A DNA stretch of 64,000 nucleotides, from assembly GCA_000436535.1 (NCBI GenBank), contig FR886343.1:26691-90690 (forward strand), in the 5' to 3' direction. This document shows, in pieces, positions 10,600 to 20,180 of this stretch. This stretch comes from Eubacterium sp. CAG:252 (lineage in GTDB: Bacteria > Bacillota > Clostridia > Lachnospirales > Lachnospiraceae). Below the pieces are notes generated by a model that was not told the origin of the DNA, did not search any database, and saw only the letters and a program-made list of their open reading frames with translations. A program made the position numbers and the translations under genes. How positions within the stretch are numbered: the stretch's first letter is position 1; each line of letters starts with the position of its first letter.

Positions 10600-10893
10600 A
10601 TGAAAAGATTTAGAAATGTATCTGCAATTGTATCGCTGTCAGCCGGTTTTATAACTGCGGTAGTTATGCTTATAAACAGATATGAACTGTTGACATTTAT
10701 ATGGATACTTGCATCTGTACTGGTGGCATTTTACATAGTCAGCAGAATAATATGTTTCGTATGTGACAGGCATATAACAAAAGAAGAAGAGAAAGCGGAA
10801 GAAGAGCGACTTGAAAAGGAAAAACAGGAAGTTGAAGCAAGGATAGCTGAGTCTGAAAAGAAGAGTTCAGAAGAGTCCAAAGAAGCGGTATAA
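10600..10893 (+). CDS. Small single-pass membrane protein with a K/E-rich C-terminal tail (function unknown)
   Basis: RBS GGAGAGG before the ATG; one hydrophobic helix followed by a charged coiled-coil-like tail; sits between cheD and fliA. Confidence 0.5.
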   Translation: MKRFRNVSAIVSLSAGFITAVVMLINRYELLTFIWILASVLVAFYIVSRIICFVCDRHITKEEEKAEEERLEKEKQEVEARIAESEKKSSEESKEAV

Positions 10894-10936
10894 CAACCAT
10901 ATAACATAACTTATATTGTTACGGGGGCGTTCTTTT

Positions 10937-11695
10937 ATGGATGAATTGGGAAGAAATAAGCTATGGGAAAGATACATAGCAAGTCATGATAGTGAAGTCA
11001 GGGAACAACTAATAGCTGAATATGCACAGCTTGTAAAGCTTGTTGCAGGCAGAATGAATATGTATCTTGGATACAATGTTGAATATGATGATCTTGTAGG
11101 ATACGGTGTATTTGGACTGATTGATGCAATAGATAAGTTTGATTTTGGCAAAAATGTCAAGTTTGAAACATATGCGAGTCTGAGAATAAGAGGTGCAATA
11201 CTTGACCAGATAAGAAAAATGGATTGGATACCACGCTCGCTTAGACAGAAACAAAAAAAAATAGATGCAGCGATGGCGAAAATAGAGTCAGAAAGTGGAA
11301 AAGTTGCAACAGATGAGGAACTTGCAGCAGAAATTGGCATATCTATAGATGAGTTAAGTGACTGGCAGGGGCAGATGAAGTCATCGAATCTTATATCTTT
11401 GGATGAATATACTGAGGCTGGCAGTGAGGTAAAGATGGAGAATGTTTCTAATTCACACTTTGACCAGCCGGAAACAGTAGTTGAGAAGGAAGAAACAAAG
11501 AAAAAGCTTATAGAAGCTATAGACACTTTGACAGAAAAAGAAAGAAGTGTAATTGTGTTGTATTATTATGAGGATATGACACTTAAAGAGATAAGCATGA
11601 CACTTGAGGTGTCAGAATCGAGAGTTTCACAGCTTCATACGAAGGCACTTAATAAGATGAAAAAAATTATGGGTGACTATATGTTTCCAGCATAA
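10937..11695 (+). CDS. fliA: Flagellar sigma factor FliA/SigD (sigma-28)
   Basis: Sigma-70 region 2 (LVGYGVFGLIDAIDKFD, ETYASLRIRGAILD) and region 4 HTH (LTLKEISMTLEVSESRVSQLHTKAL); position after cheD as in B. subtilis. The ATG at 10937 is preferred over the TTG at 10916. Confidence 0.85.
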   Translation: MDELGRNKLWERYIASHDSEVREQLIAEYAQLVKLVAGRMNMYLGYNVEYDDLVGYGVFGLIDAIDKFDFGKNVKFETYASLRIRGAILDQIRKMDWIPRSLRQKQKKIDAAMAKIESESGKVATDEELAAEIGISIDELSDWQGQMKSSNLISLDEYTEAGSEVKMENVSNSHFDQPETVVEKEETKKKLIEAIDTLTEKERSVIVLYYYEDMTLKEISMTLEVSESRVSQLHTKALNKMKKIMGDYMFPA

Positions 11696-11719
11696 TATGT
11701 TGGGGAAAGTGGGTTATAG

Positions 11720-13327
11720 ATGATTGAAGGATGTATGTCGGGGTATTTTCAATTTTCTTCTAAAGAAGACGGACTGTATATAACAGTTTATCCACCTAAA
11801 CAAGGGGTTAATACAGCATCTATAGATGATGTTATGTACTATGTGGACAAAAAGAAGATTAATTGTGACAGCGTTAAGCTTATGGAAGCTGTTAAAGCAG
11901 GAGCTTCAAAGGAAACAACACTTAAAGTGTCAGATGAGGCACAGTTGGTATATGGTGAATTTGGTGACTATAGGATAAGTCAGGACTGTATGAGGCTTGA
12001 AGCGTATTTTTATCCACCATTTATAGGTGGTTCTGAGTTAGATAAGAATGAGATAATACAGGATTTAAAGCATATGGGTGTTAACTATGGTATAGATGAA
12101 AGTGTTATCGATACATTTATAAATGAAAGACAATATGGAAAGCCTTATGTCATTGCAGTTGGCAAAGAGCCAAGAAATGGAAAGGATGGATATATTGAAT
12201 ATAAGTTTAACAGGGAGCTTAAACCAAGACCAAAGATGAATGATGATGGGACAGTTGACTTCCACTCGCTTGAGAATGTTAATCATGTAAAGCAGGGAGA
12301 TGTTGTTGCAGTACTTCATCCAGAGGATATGGGTGATGCAGGGACAGACATTTTTGGAAAGAATGTCAATCCTGAAAGGGTTAAGCATATTGTATTCAGA
12401 TTTGGACGTAATCTTCTTATATCAGAGGATGGAAGACAGCTTATATCGCAGGTAAATGGTCATGTAATACTTGAAAATGATAAGGTTTTTGTTTCTAATG
12501 TGCTTGAACTTGTTGATATAGATAATTCGACAGGTGATATTGAGTATAATGGTGATATTATGGTCAAGGGTAATGTACTTGCAGGATTTTCAGTTAAGGC
12601 TAAAGGTGATGTGATTGTACAGGGGATTGTTGAAGGTGCAACTGTAACAGCAGGTGGCAACATTACGTTTAACAGAGGCGTTCAGGGAATGAACAAAGCT
12701 GTTATAAGAGCTGGAGGCAATATTGTTTCCAAGTTTATAGAAAGTGCAGAACTTGTTGAAGCTGGAGGCAATATAGAAGCTGATTCTATACTGCATTCAA
12801 GAGTTGTTGCTAAAGGGTCGATTAAAGCCAGCGGCAAAAAGGGGCTTATAATAGGCGGCGATGTCAAGGCGACAACACTTATTGAGGCAAAGACCATTGG
12901 TAATGAGATGGGAACAGCAACTATTATCGGTGTTGGTGTCAATCCGACTATGAAAAAGCGCATGGATGAACTTAAGAAGAGTCTTAGTACTAAAGGCAAC
13001 AATAAGATACAATTGACACAGCTTATGACTGCTTTAAGGAAAAAGCAGGATACGGAGGGGACTCTTGATAAAGAAAAACAGGAAATGTTATCAAAAACAA
13101 TGAGAAATCTTATTATTCTTGACCAGGAACTCAACGCTGAAAAGAAAGAGTTTGAGGAGCTGAGGACAAGCATAGGTGAGGAGAAGAATGCCTGTGTAAA
13201 GGTATCCAATTCAGCTTATGTTGGAACTAAGCTTATGTTTGGTGATTTGTGTATGTTCTTAAAAGAGAAGTACGATTATTGCCAGTTCAGAAAAGAAGGC
13301 GGAGATATTAGAAGTGTGCCATTATAA
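11720..13327 (+). CDS. FapA-family (DUF342) flagellar assembly protein
   Basis: 535 aa with the repetitive beta-helix segment (VKGNVLAGFSVKAKGDVIVQG..TVTAGGNITF...AGGNIV...AGGNIE) characteristic of FapA/DUF342. Located immediately after fliA. Confidence 0.75.
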   Translation: MIEGCMSGYFQFSSKEDGLYITVYPPKQGVNTASIDDVMYYVDKKKINCDSVKLMEAVKAGASKETTLKVSDEAQLVYGEFGDYRISQDCMRLEAYFYPPFIGGSELDKNEIIQDLKHMGVNYGIDESVIDTFINERQYGKPYVIAVGKEPRNGKDGYIEYKFNRELKPRPKMNDDGTVDFHSLENVNHVKQGDVVAVLHPEDMGDAGTDIFGKNVNPERVKHIVFRFGRNLLISEDGRQLISQVNGHVILENDKVFVSNVLELVDIDNSTGDIEYNGDIMVKGNVLAGFSVKAKGDVIVQGIVEGATVTAGGNITFNRGVQGMNKAVIRAGGNIVSKFIESAELVEAGGNIEADSILHSRVVAKGSIKASGKKGLIIGGDVKATTLIEAKTIGNEMGTATIIGVGVNPTMKKRMDELKKSLSTKGNNKIQLTQLMTALRKKQDTEGTLDKEKQEMLSKTMRNLIILDQELNAEKKEFEELRTSIGEEKNACVKVSNSAYVGTKLMFGDLCMFLKEKYDYCQFRKEGGDIRSVPL

Positions 13328-13333
13328 GCAGGA

Positions 13334-13663
13334 ATGGAGAGTATTATGTTAGTAAAGCCAGCAGAATTCGGAATGATTCAACAACAGAATACAGTATCTC
13401 AGATAAGGCATGAACAAGATGCAAAGCCTATGGCAGAACAGCAGACTATGGTTGTACAGTCACAGAAAGAAGCAGAGATAAAGGCTGAACAGGTGGTTCA
13501 TAAGGATGATACAGATAATCGTCAGAAGAAGTTTGATGCCAAGGATAAAAGTGATAATGAATATCAGTCTGGACACAAGAAGAAAAGAGAAAAGACTTCT
13601 GATGGAAAAGTGATTATAAAAGGACAGGAATATCGGAATATTGACTTTGATGTTAAGATATAA
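13334..13663 (+). CDS. Hypothetical charged low-complexity protein (109 aa)
   Basis: ORF in the flagellar gene run. No recognisable motifs. The start is ambiguous (ATG 13334 or ATG 13346 after GGAGAG). Confidence 0.45.
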   Translation: MESIMLVKPAEFGMIQQQNTVSQIRHEQDAKPMAEQQTMVVQSQKEAEIKAEQVVHKDDTDNRQKKFDAKDKSDNEYQSGHKKKREKTSDGKVIIKGQEYRNIDFDVKI

Positions 13664-13693
13664 TCAGGAATTAAGAAAGATTGCGGAGGAAAT

Positions 13694-14302
13694 ATGGGAA
13701 CAGTAGAGATTGTACTCTTGGTAATAGGAATAATATGTGTTATTGTTGGGATTATATTAGGATTGACAGACAATAATGAAAAAGAGGCTGCAGAATCTTC
13801 TGTTTCAGATTATGATGCCGCAAGTCAGGTAAGTCAGGTGGCGCAGACTATAGACAGCATCATTGAAAAGAAGATGCAGGATATAGAAGATAAGACAGAG
13901 GCAAGACTTGATAAGATATCCAACACCAAAATTCTTGAAATGAATGAATATGCAGACGGTGTATTAAAAGAGATAAACCGTAACCATAATGAAGTTATGT
14001 TTATGTACGATATGCTCAATGAAAAAGATAAAGAAATTAAGACAACAGTTAAAGACGTGAATGTGACAAGAATGAATAGAGGTTATGCATATAATGATGC
14101 AAAGCAGCAGTCTGCAATGGAAGAGCCGAAAATAGTTATGCAGGATATAGAGGACTTTGTTCTTGATGAGTCACTTTCTACACATGATAAGATAAGACAG
14201 CTTTATAGTAATGGTTACAATGATGTAGAGATTGCTAAAAGGCTTAAAATCGGTGTTGGCGAAGTAAGACTTGTGATTAATCTTAGTTCAGGTAATAATT
14301 AA
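13694..14302 (+). CDS. Membrane-anchored coiled-coil protein with a C-terminal sigma-region-4/LuxR-like HTH (possible SwrB-position protein)
   Basis: N-terminal TM helix (IVLLVIGIICVIVGIILGL), central charged coiled coil, C-terminal NDVEIAKRLKIGVGEVRLVINL HTH-like segment. RBS GGAGGA before the ATG. Confidence 0.5.
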   Translation: MGTVEIVLLVIGIICVIVGIILGLTDNNEKEAAESSVSDYDAASQVSQVAQTIDSIIEKKMQDIEDKTEARLDKISNTKILEMNEYADGVLKEINRNHNEVMFMYDMLNEKDKEIKTTVKDVNVTRMNRGYAYNDAKQQSAMEEPKIVMQDIEDFVLDESLSTHDKIRQLYSNGYNDVEIAKRLKIGVGEVRLVINLSSGNN

Positions 14303-14320
14303 GCAGTAAGGATTAAAGAT

Positions 14321-14812
14321 ATGAAGTTAAAGTACTATATGTGTGGTCTTGGAAGTGGAATAATATTAGCAGTTCTTGTTCTGGCGATTGCAGGTAAGAT
14401 AAGCGCTCTTGGAAATAGTGTTAATAATAATGCCAATATAAATGAAACAACGGGTTCTGTTATAGCTTATACAACTCAGGCTGATAATAAAGAAACAACA
14501 GAGGTTGAAACACAGGCAGGCACAGAAGAGAATTCAGAGCGTTTGACAGGTGAAAGTACCGGGGTGACAATGGCAGTAACAGAAAGTGAAACACAGAGTG
14601 AAACAGGAAAAGTCCAGGTTCATATTGCTGCTGTAACAATATCTTCTGAAATAGCCAAAATGTTAGAAGAAAGAGGAGTTATAGACAGCGCACAGGGGTT
14701 TATCCAATATATGTATGATGAAGGTTATTCAAGAATTGTACAGGAAGGTGACTTTGAGTTTACAAAGAACGACACATATGCTAATGTAGCCAGAATATTA
14801 ACCAGACAGTAA
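14321..14812 (+). CDS. Hypothetical membrane-anchored protein with a T/E/Q-rich linker
   Basis: N-terminal TM/signal-anchor (ILAVLVLAIAG), low-complexity middle, small C-terminal domain; last gene before rpsB. Confidence 0.45.
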   Translation: MKLKYYMCGLGSGIILAVLVLAIAGKISALGNSVNNNANINETTGSVIAYTTQADNKETTEVETQAGTEENSERLTGESTGVTMAVTESETQSETGKVQVHIAAVTISSEIAKMLEERGVIDSAQGFIQYMYDEGYSRIVQEGDFEFTKNDTYANVARILTRQ

Positions 14813-14967
14813 GAATGAAACTTCAGCGCTTATAAGCTCATGGTGTGACAAGCTTAGCAGCTGGTCAGATGATGAACTCTCAGATACCGAAAGATGGTTT
14901 AAAGAGGCGTTTAGAAGCTGATAATAAAGCACATAATAAAAACATTGACAACTCAGTAAAAAAATGC

Positions 14968-14996
14968 TTGCAAATAATTAATACTATTGATATAAT
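14968..14996 (+). promoter_or_regulatory. Candidate sigma-A promoter for rpsB-tsf (-35 TTGCAA, 17-nt spacer, -10 TATAAT)
   Basis: TTGCAA at 14968-14973 and TATAAT at 14991-14996, about 115 nt upstream of the rpsB ATG; the long leader is typical of an autoregulated rpsB. Confidence 0.5.
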
Positions 14997-15113
14997 ACAC
15001 TTCGTGTGAAAAAAACATGCAGGGTGGATTGTGTGACTGGTGCCAGTATACGCGCTGGTGGTCATGCGAGTACGAAGCCTGCAAAAGATTATTTAACCAA
15101 CGGAGGTATTAAA

Positions 15114-15842
15114 ATGAGCGTAATTTCAATGAAGCAGTTACTTGAAGCCGGTGTTCACTTCGGACATCAGACAAGAAGATGGAACCCTAAGATGGCTGAG
15201 TACATCTACACAGAAAGAAATGGTATCCATATTATTGACTTACAGAAGTCAGTAGGAAAGGTTGACGAAGCTTATAAGGCAGTTTCTGATATCGTTGCCG
15301 ATGGTGGTACAATCCTTTTCGTAGGTACAAAGAAGCAGGCTCAGGATGCAATCGCTAACGAAGCTACAAGATGTGGTATGTATTTCGTTAACGAAAGATG
15401 GTTAGGTGGTATGCTCACTAACTTCAAGACAATCCAGTCAAGAATTGCAAGACTTAAAGAAATCGAAACAATGCAGGAAGATGGAACATTTGATGTTCTT
15501 CCTAAGAAGGAAGTTATTAACTTAAAGAAGGAATTAGAAAAGCTTCAGAAGAACCTTGGCGGTATCAAGGAAATGAAGAGAATTCCAGATGCTATCTTTA
15601 TCGTAGATCCTAAGAAGGAAAGAATCTGCGTTCAGGAAGCACATGCACTCGGAATCACATTAATCGGTATTGCTGATACTAACTGTGATCCAGATGAATT
15701 AGATTATGTTATCCCTGGTAACGATGATGCTATCAGAGCAGTTAACTTAATCGTTTCAAAGATGGCTGACGCTGTTATCGAAGCTAATCAGGGTGAAGAA
15801 GTAGTAGCCGCTGATGCAGAAGAAGTAGCTGAGGAAGCTTAA
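15114..15842 (+). CDS. rpsB: 30S ribosomal protein S2
   Basis: [27 protein letters not shown] is the canonical S2 N-terminus. RBS GGAGGT is 6 nt before the ATG at 15114; the track ORF is over-extended 5'. Confidence 0.95.
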   Translation: MSVISMKQLLEAGVHFGHQTRRWNPKMAEYIYTERNGIHIIDLQKSVGKVDEAYKAVSDIVADGGTILFVGTKKQAQDAIANEATRCGMYFVNERWLGGMLTNFKTIQSRIARLKEIETMQEDGTFDVLPKKEVINLKKELEKLQKNLGGIKEMKRIPDAIFIVDPKKERICVQEAHALGITLIGIADTNCDPDELDYVIPGNDDAIRAVNLIVSKMADAVIEANQGEEVVAADAEEVAEEA

Positions 15843-15871
15843 TATTTAAGGTTTGACTTAAGTTTATGTAT

Positions 15872-15908
15872 GCTTCAGCCTGTTGTTTCAGGTTGAAGCA
15901 TTTTTTAA
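15872..15908 (+). terminator. Intercistronic hairpin plus U-tract between rpsB and tsf (attenuator/partial terminator)
   Basis: GCTTCAGCCTG-ttgttt-CAGGTTGAAGC, an 11-bp stem with one G.U pair, followed by ATTTTTTAAAAA. Confidence 0.6.
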
Positions 15909-15933
15909 AAATATTATATTGGAGGATATTATA

Positions 15934-17019
15934 ATGGCAGCAATTACAGCAGCAATGGTTAAGGAACTTAGAGAGTCTACTGGCGCAGGTATGATGGAAT
16001 GCAAGAAGGCTCTTACAGAAACAGACGGCGATATGGAAGCAGCTGTTGACGTTCTTAGAAAGAGCGGAGCAGCTAAGGTAGAAAAGAAGGCTGGCAGAAT
16101 CGCAGCAGAAGGTATCACAAGAGTTGCATCTGAAGGCAACACAGCAGTAGTAGTAGAAGTTAACTCAGAAACAGACTTCGTTGCTAAGAACGCTGTATTT
16201 CAGGAATTCGTTCAGGATGTAGCTGATAAGGCTCTTAAGGCTTCAGTTGACAAGGCTGGAGACGGCGAAGATGTATGCGCTATTCTTGATATGAAGTCTG
16301 ACCTTGAAGAAAAGACTATCGTAATCGGAGAAAAGCTTTCATTAAGAAGATTTGAAAAGCTTACAGGTGACTGTGTTGCTTCATATATTCACGGTGGCGG
16401 AAGAATTGGTGTTCTTGTTGCAGCGGAAGGTGCTACAGGAGATGCAGTTAAGGAAGCCCTTACAAACATCGCTATGCAGATAGCAGCTATGAACCCACAG
16501 TATATCAGCAGAAATGATATGTCAGCAGAAGAACTTGCTAAGTTAAGAGAAATCATCGAAGAGAGCGCCTTAAATGATCCTGCTACTCTTCCAAAGCCAA
16601 TCTTAAACAAGTTAATTGACAAGGCTATCAACGATAAGGTATGGAGTGATGAAGATATTGCAACATATGAAGAGCATAAGAGCAATATGCAGTATTTATT
16701 CAACTTCCTTTCAAAGGAAGCAGCTTCTCAGTTAGCAGAACTTGCATTAGCTGACAGAGCTACAATCACAGCAGACAAGATCTTCAACGGATTAGTTGAA
16801 GGACGTGTATCTAAGCAGCTTAAGGAAATCTGCCTTATGGATCAGGTATATGTTAAGGCTGAAGACGGAAAGCAGTCAGTAGCTAAGTATATCGCAGAAG
16901 TAGGCAAGGCAGCAGGTTCAGAATTCACTATCAAGAAGTTTGTTCGTTTTGAAGTTGGTGAAGGTCTTGAAAAGAAGAATGAAGACTTTGCAGCAGAAGT
17001 TGCAGCACAGCTTCAGTAA
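15934..17019 (+). CDS. tsf: Elongation factor Ts
   Basis: MAAITAAMVKELRESTGAGMMECKKAL is the canonical EF-Ts N-terminus. RBS GGAGGA before the ATG at 15934. Confidence 0.95.
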   Translation: MAAITAAMVKELRESTGAGMMECKKALTETDGDMEAAVDVLRKSGAAKVEKKAGRIAAEGITRVASEGNTAVVVEVNSETDFVAKNAVFQEFVQDVADKALKASVDKAGDGEDVCAILDMKSDLEEKTIVIGEKLSLRRFEKLTGDCVASYIHGGGRIGVLVAAEGATGDAVKEALTNIAMQIAAMNPQYISRNDMSAEELAKLREIIEESALNDPATLPKPILNKLIDKAINDKVWSDEDIATYEEHKSNMQYLFNFLSKEAASQLAELALADRATITADKIFNGLVEGRVSKQLKEICLMDQVYVKAEDGKQSVAKYIAEVGKAAGSEFTIKKFVRFEVGEGLEKKNEDFAAEVAAQLQ

Positions 17020-17076
17020 TATAGATTATATACGATTTTAGATATAAGGCTGTGTATAATTAAATAAAAATATGAA

Positions 17077-17110
17077 CCATATCCTGCCGAAAAGCAGGAT
17101 ATGGTTTTTT
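17077..17110 (+). terminator. Rho-independent terminator after tsf
   Basis: CCATATCCTGC-cgaaaa-GCAGGATATGG, a perfect 11-bp stem, followed by TTTTTT. Confidence 0.8.
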
Positions 17111-17394
17111 GGTGGAAATATATTTGATTTAATACAATTAATATAAATTTAATGATAATACTTGAAATATAAAAGTGATATTGTTATAATATTTATAAGT
17201 TATATATGAGACGTTTTAATTTTGAATAATAATCATCCGGGAATTGGATTAGTTATGTCATATTTAGAAGCAGATATGTAATATTATGAGGCGTATAATA
17301 AGACAGGCTTATGGTATATACGAATTATAATATTGCACATATGTGATGCGCCTTATATGAAACGACAGTTGCATAAAAAGGAGAACAGAAGAGT

Positions 17395-19092
17395 ATGAAT
17401 GTAAAAGATTCGATTAGGAAAAGACTGGATAAAAGCTTTGCTATCATTGCGGCTGTGTGTAGTGCTGGTCTTATTGCCTGTGGAGTTGCTTTATTTGTAA
17501 TAAGTATGCAGTACCATAGTGCACTTGAGAATTATGGATTTTCACAGGGCGATATTGGTAAGGCAATGGTAGCATTTGCAGATTCAAGGAGTGCCTTAAG
17601 AGCAGTAATTGGTTACACAGATATGAGCGAGATTGCTTCTGAGAAGAATAAGTATGAGACAAAGAAGTCTGCGTTTGAAGATTATATGTCTGATGTTGAA
17701 GCAGGAATGGTGACTAAAGCAGGAAAAGAAGCATATGCACAGGCTGAATCAGCTCTTAATGGTTATTGGACTAAGGCTGATGCTATATTACAGCAGGGAG
17801 CTACAACAGATAATGGAGCTTCTAGTGCAGCTCAGCAGAAGGAAATAGATGAACTTGGTCCTATGTATGATAATGTATATGCGGCATTAAAGAATATTAT
17901 GGATATTAAAGTCACTAAGGGTGATCAGGTACAGGCTACACTTAATACAGTCATGTATATTCTTTTAGTAGTTATAGTTGCAATAATTGCATTCAGTATA
18001 TATATGTCTACACATCTTGGAAGAAAGATAGCTGATAATATTGAAAAGCCAGTTGCAGCATTAGCAGAGAGACTTAAAAAGTTTGCAGCAGGAGATCTTG
18101 ATAGTGAATTTCCTGAGAATGAAGTTGATGATGAAATTGCTTATATGAATGCTGTTGCTAAAGAGATGGCTGCCGATCTTAATCTCATTATAAGTGATAT
18201 GAGCAGACTTATGGATGAGATGGCTGGAGGTAACTTTAAGATAAAGACAGATATCGAAGACATGTATGTTGGTAAGTTTGTTAATCTTAAGGATGCAATT
18301 CGTAACATGAACAGAAAGATGGATGCTACACTCAAGAGTGTTGATGAATCAGCTCAGCAGGTAACAGTTGGTTCAGAAAATTTAGCACAGTCAGCACAGG
18401 ATCTTGCAGAAGGTGCTACAGAACAGGCCGGAGCTGTTGAAGAGCTTCAGGCTACTATAGCTACACTTACAGAGCAGATTGCCGCTGTAGCAGAGAACTT
18501 AGAGCAGACAAGTGATAAGGCTGTATCTTATGCTAAGAATGCAGATGAAAGTAAGGTAGAGATGCATACACTTATGGAAGCTATGCAGCATATCAGTGAT
18601 ACATCTAAGAAGATTGAGAATATTATTTCTGATATCGAAAGCATTGCAAGCCAGACAAATCTTCTTTCTCTTAATGCAGCTATTGAGGCAGCAAGAGCAG
18701 GAGAAGCAGGTAAGGGCTTCGCAGTCGTTGCTGAACAGATTAGAATGCTTGCTGACCAGAGTGCCCAGTCAGCAGTTGATACAAGAACACTTATTGAAGG
18801 TGCTCTGAATGAAATTGAAGAAGGAAACACAGTTGCTATTAAGGCTGCTGAATCCTTGGATTCGGTTGTTCAGGGAATTAACGAAATTGCTGATACATCT
18901 AAGCAGCTGAGTGAGAACTCTAATGTTCAGATTGCGGCTATGAGAGAGGCTGAAAAGGGAATCGAACAGATTTCAGAAGTTGTACAGTCTAACTCAGCAG
19001 CTTCAGAAGAGTGTTCTGCAACAAGTGAAGAGCTTTCTGCACAGGCAGAAGCTATGAGCGAATTGATTTCACAGTTCACACTTAGAGATTAA
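17395..19092 (+). CDS. Methyl-accepting chemotaxis protein
   Basis: N-terminal TM, an extracytoplasmic sensor region of about 150 aa, a second TM, HAMP, and the MCP signalling domain with the conserved [36 protein letters not shown] core. RBS AGGAGAA. Confidence 0.9.
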   Translation: MNVKDSIRKRLDKSFAIIAAVCSAGLIACGVALFVISMQYHSALENYGFSQGDIGKAMVAFADSRSALRAVIGYTDMSEIASEKNKYETKKSAFEDYMSDVEAGMVTKAGKEAYAQAESALNGYWTKADAILQQGATTDNGASSAAQQKEIDELGPMYDNVYAALKNIMDIKVTKGDQVQATLNTVMYILLVVIVAIIAFSIYMSTHLGRKIADNIEKPVAALAERLKKFAAGDLDSEFPENEVDDEIAYMNAVAKEMAADLNLIISDMSRLMDEMAGGNFKIKTDIEDMYVGKFVNLKDAIRNMNRKMDATLKSVDESAQQVTVGSENLAQSAQDLAEGATEQAGAVEELQATIATLTEQIAAVAENLEQTSDKAVSYAKNADESKVEMHTLMEAMQHISDTSKKIENIISDIESIASQTNLLSLNAAIEAARAGEAGKGFAVVAEQIRMLADQSAQSAVDTRTLIEGALNEIEEGNTVAIKAAESLDSVVQGINEIADTSKQLSENSNVQIAAMREAEKGIEQISEVVQSNSAASEECSATSEELSAQAEAMSELISQFTLRD

Positions 19093-19217
19093 TTAATATT
19101 GAAGAATAAAATGTATTGTGTTATAATTAATCAGATAATGATTGTTATAGTGCAATACATTTTTTTATTGATTACATAACAATCAGTACACAGATGTCGG
19201 ACAAATGGAGGATAAAG

Positions 19218-20060
19218 ATGGGTTTATTCAGTGGCAAAGCTGATGCATCAGATAGTTCTAAGGATATATTCAGCAGAATTGATAAGGAAGCTTCAAAAGC
19301 TGATATGATGGTTAATACACTTGGTGACAGCGATCTTGCAAAGCTGTCAGCAGGTATGAAGAGCGAGCTTGCACAGGCAGAAAAGAAGAATTCAATAACA
19401 GATAAGCTTGAGGCAGAGCTTCACAATGATGGTAATGCAGCCAGGGTGGCAGAGAGTATTGGAAAGGAAGAGCCAAAGACAGAACTTGAGGAAATATCAG
19501 ATGAAACTGCTGTTATAACAGCAGGACTTGTTGTAAGTGGTAATCTTGATTCAGTTGGTTCAATAGATATATTTGGTACTGTTGATGGGGATGTATCATG
19601 TAAGGGAAAGCTTACAGTAAGCGGAACTATAACAGGTACAACTATTGCAAAGGAAGTATTTGCCAATAATGCACATATTACTGGTAATGTGGAAGCAACG
19701 GGTTCTGCAAAGATAGGCCAGGGAACAGTAGTTGTAGGTGATATAACTGCTACATCTGCTGTTATAGCAGGTGCTATTAAGGGTGATGTTGATGTAAACG
19801 GACCGGTTATAATTGATTCATCTGCTATTATTGTAGGAGATATAAAGTCTAAGTCAGTACAAATTAATAATGGCGCAACTATAAACGGAAGATGTTTACA
19901 GGTTTATGCAGATGTTGATGTAGAGTCTATATTTAATATAGGTTCAGACAAGAAGGATGCTAAGAAGAAAGAAGAAGCTCCAAAGAAGCCTGCAGCAAAA
20001 GAGACTAAGCCGAATGAAACTAAAGCAAAAGAGCCTGCAGTAAAAGAAATATCAAAGTAA
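19218..20060 (+). CDS. Bactofilin-family polymer-forming cytoskeletal protein (DUF583 core with long N- and C-terminal extensions)
   Basis: Central right-handed beta-helix repeats (GTVDGDVSCKGKLTVSGTITG...VVVGDITATSAVIAGAIKGDVDVNG...IVGDIKSKSVQI) typical of bactofilins; K/E/A/P-rich tail. The ATG at 19218 follows GGAGGA. Confidence 0.75.
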   Translation: MGLFSGKADASDSSKDIFSRIDKEASKADMMVNTLGDSDLAKLSAGMKSELAQAEKKNSITDKLEAELHNDGNAARVAESIGKEEPKTELEEISDETAVITAGLVVSGNLDSVGSIDIFGTVDGDVSCKGKLTVSGTITGTTIAKEVFANNAHITGNVEATGSAKIGQGTVVVGDITATSAVIAGAIKGDVDVNGPVIIDSSAIIVGDIKSKSVQINNGATINGRCLQVYADVDVESIFNIGSDKKDAKKKEEAPKKPAAKETKPNETKAKEPAVKEISK

Positions 20061-20180
20061 GTTAAGGCAGCCAGAGGAATCCAATAATATTATATCGTAA
20101 ATGACAGCTGTGCGCACACAGCACATACCGGTTATGCATATCGTGAAAATATTTAAAAGTGCGCAGAAATGAGGATTAAG

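Noticed and set aside
15006-15113. 5' extensions of track ORFs (rpsB from 15006, tsf from 15883, rimP from 32938, HIT from 44818, rlmH from 62764, maf from 60914, nusA from 33565, greA from 51426)
   Set aside because: The conserved protein N-termini begin at internal ATGs preceded by good Shine-Dalgarno sequences. The extensions run through promoters and terminators, or through the tRNA terminator in the case of rimP.
17350-17358. Shared 9-mer GCCTTATAT upstream of the MCP gene (17350) and of the YcgR-like PilZ gene (47733), considered as possible sigma-28 (-10 GCCGATAT-like) promoters
   Set aside because: No TAAA -35 element sits at the required 15 to 16 nt spacing in either case. A 9-mer match in AT-rich intergenic DNA is weak evidence.
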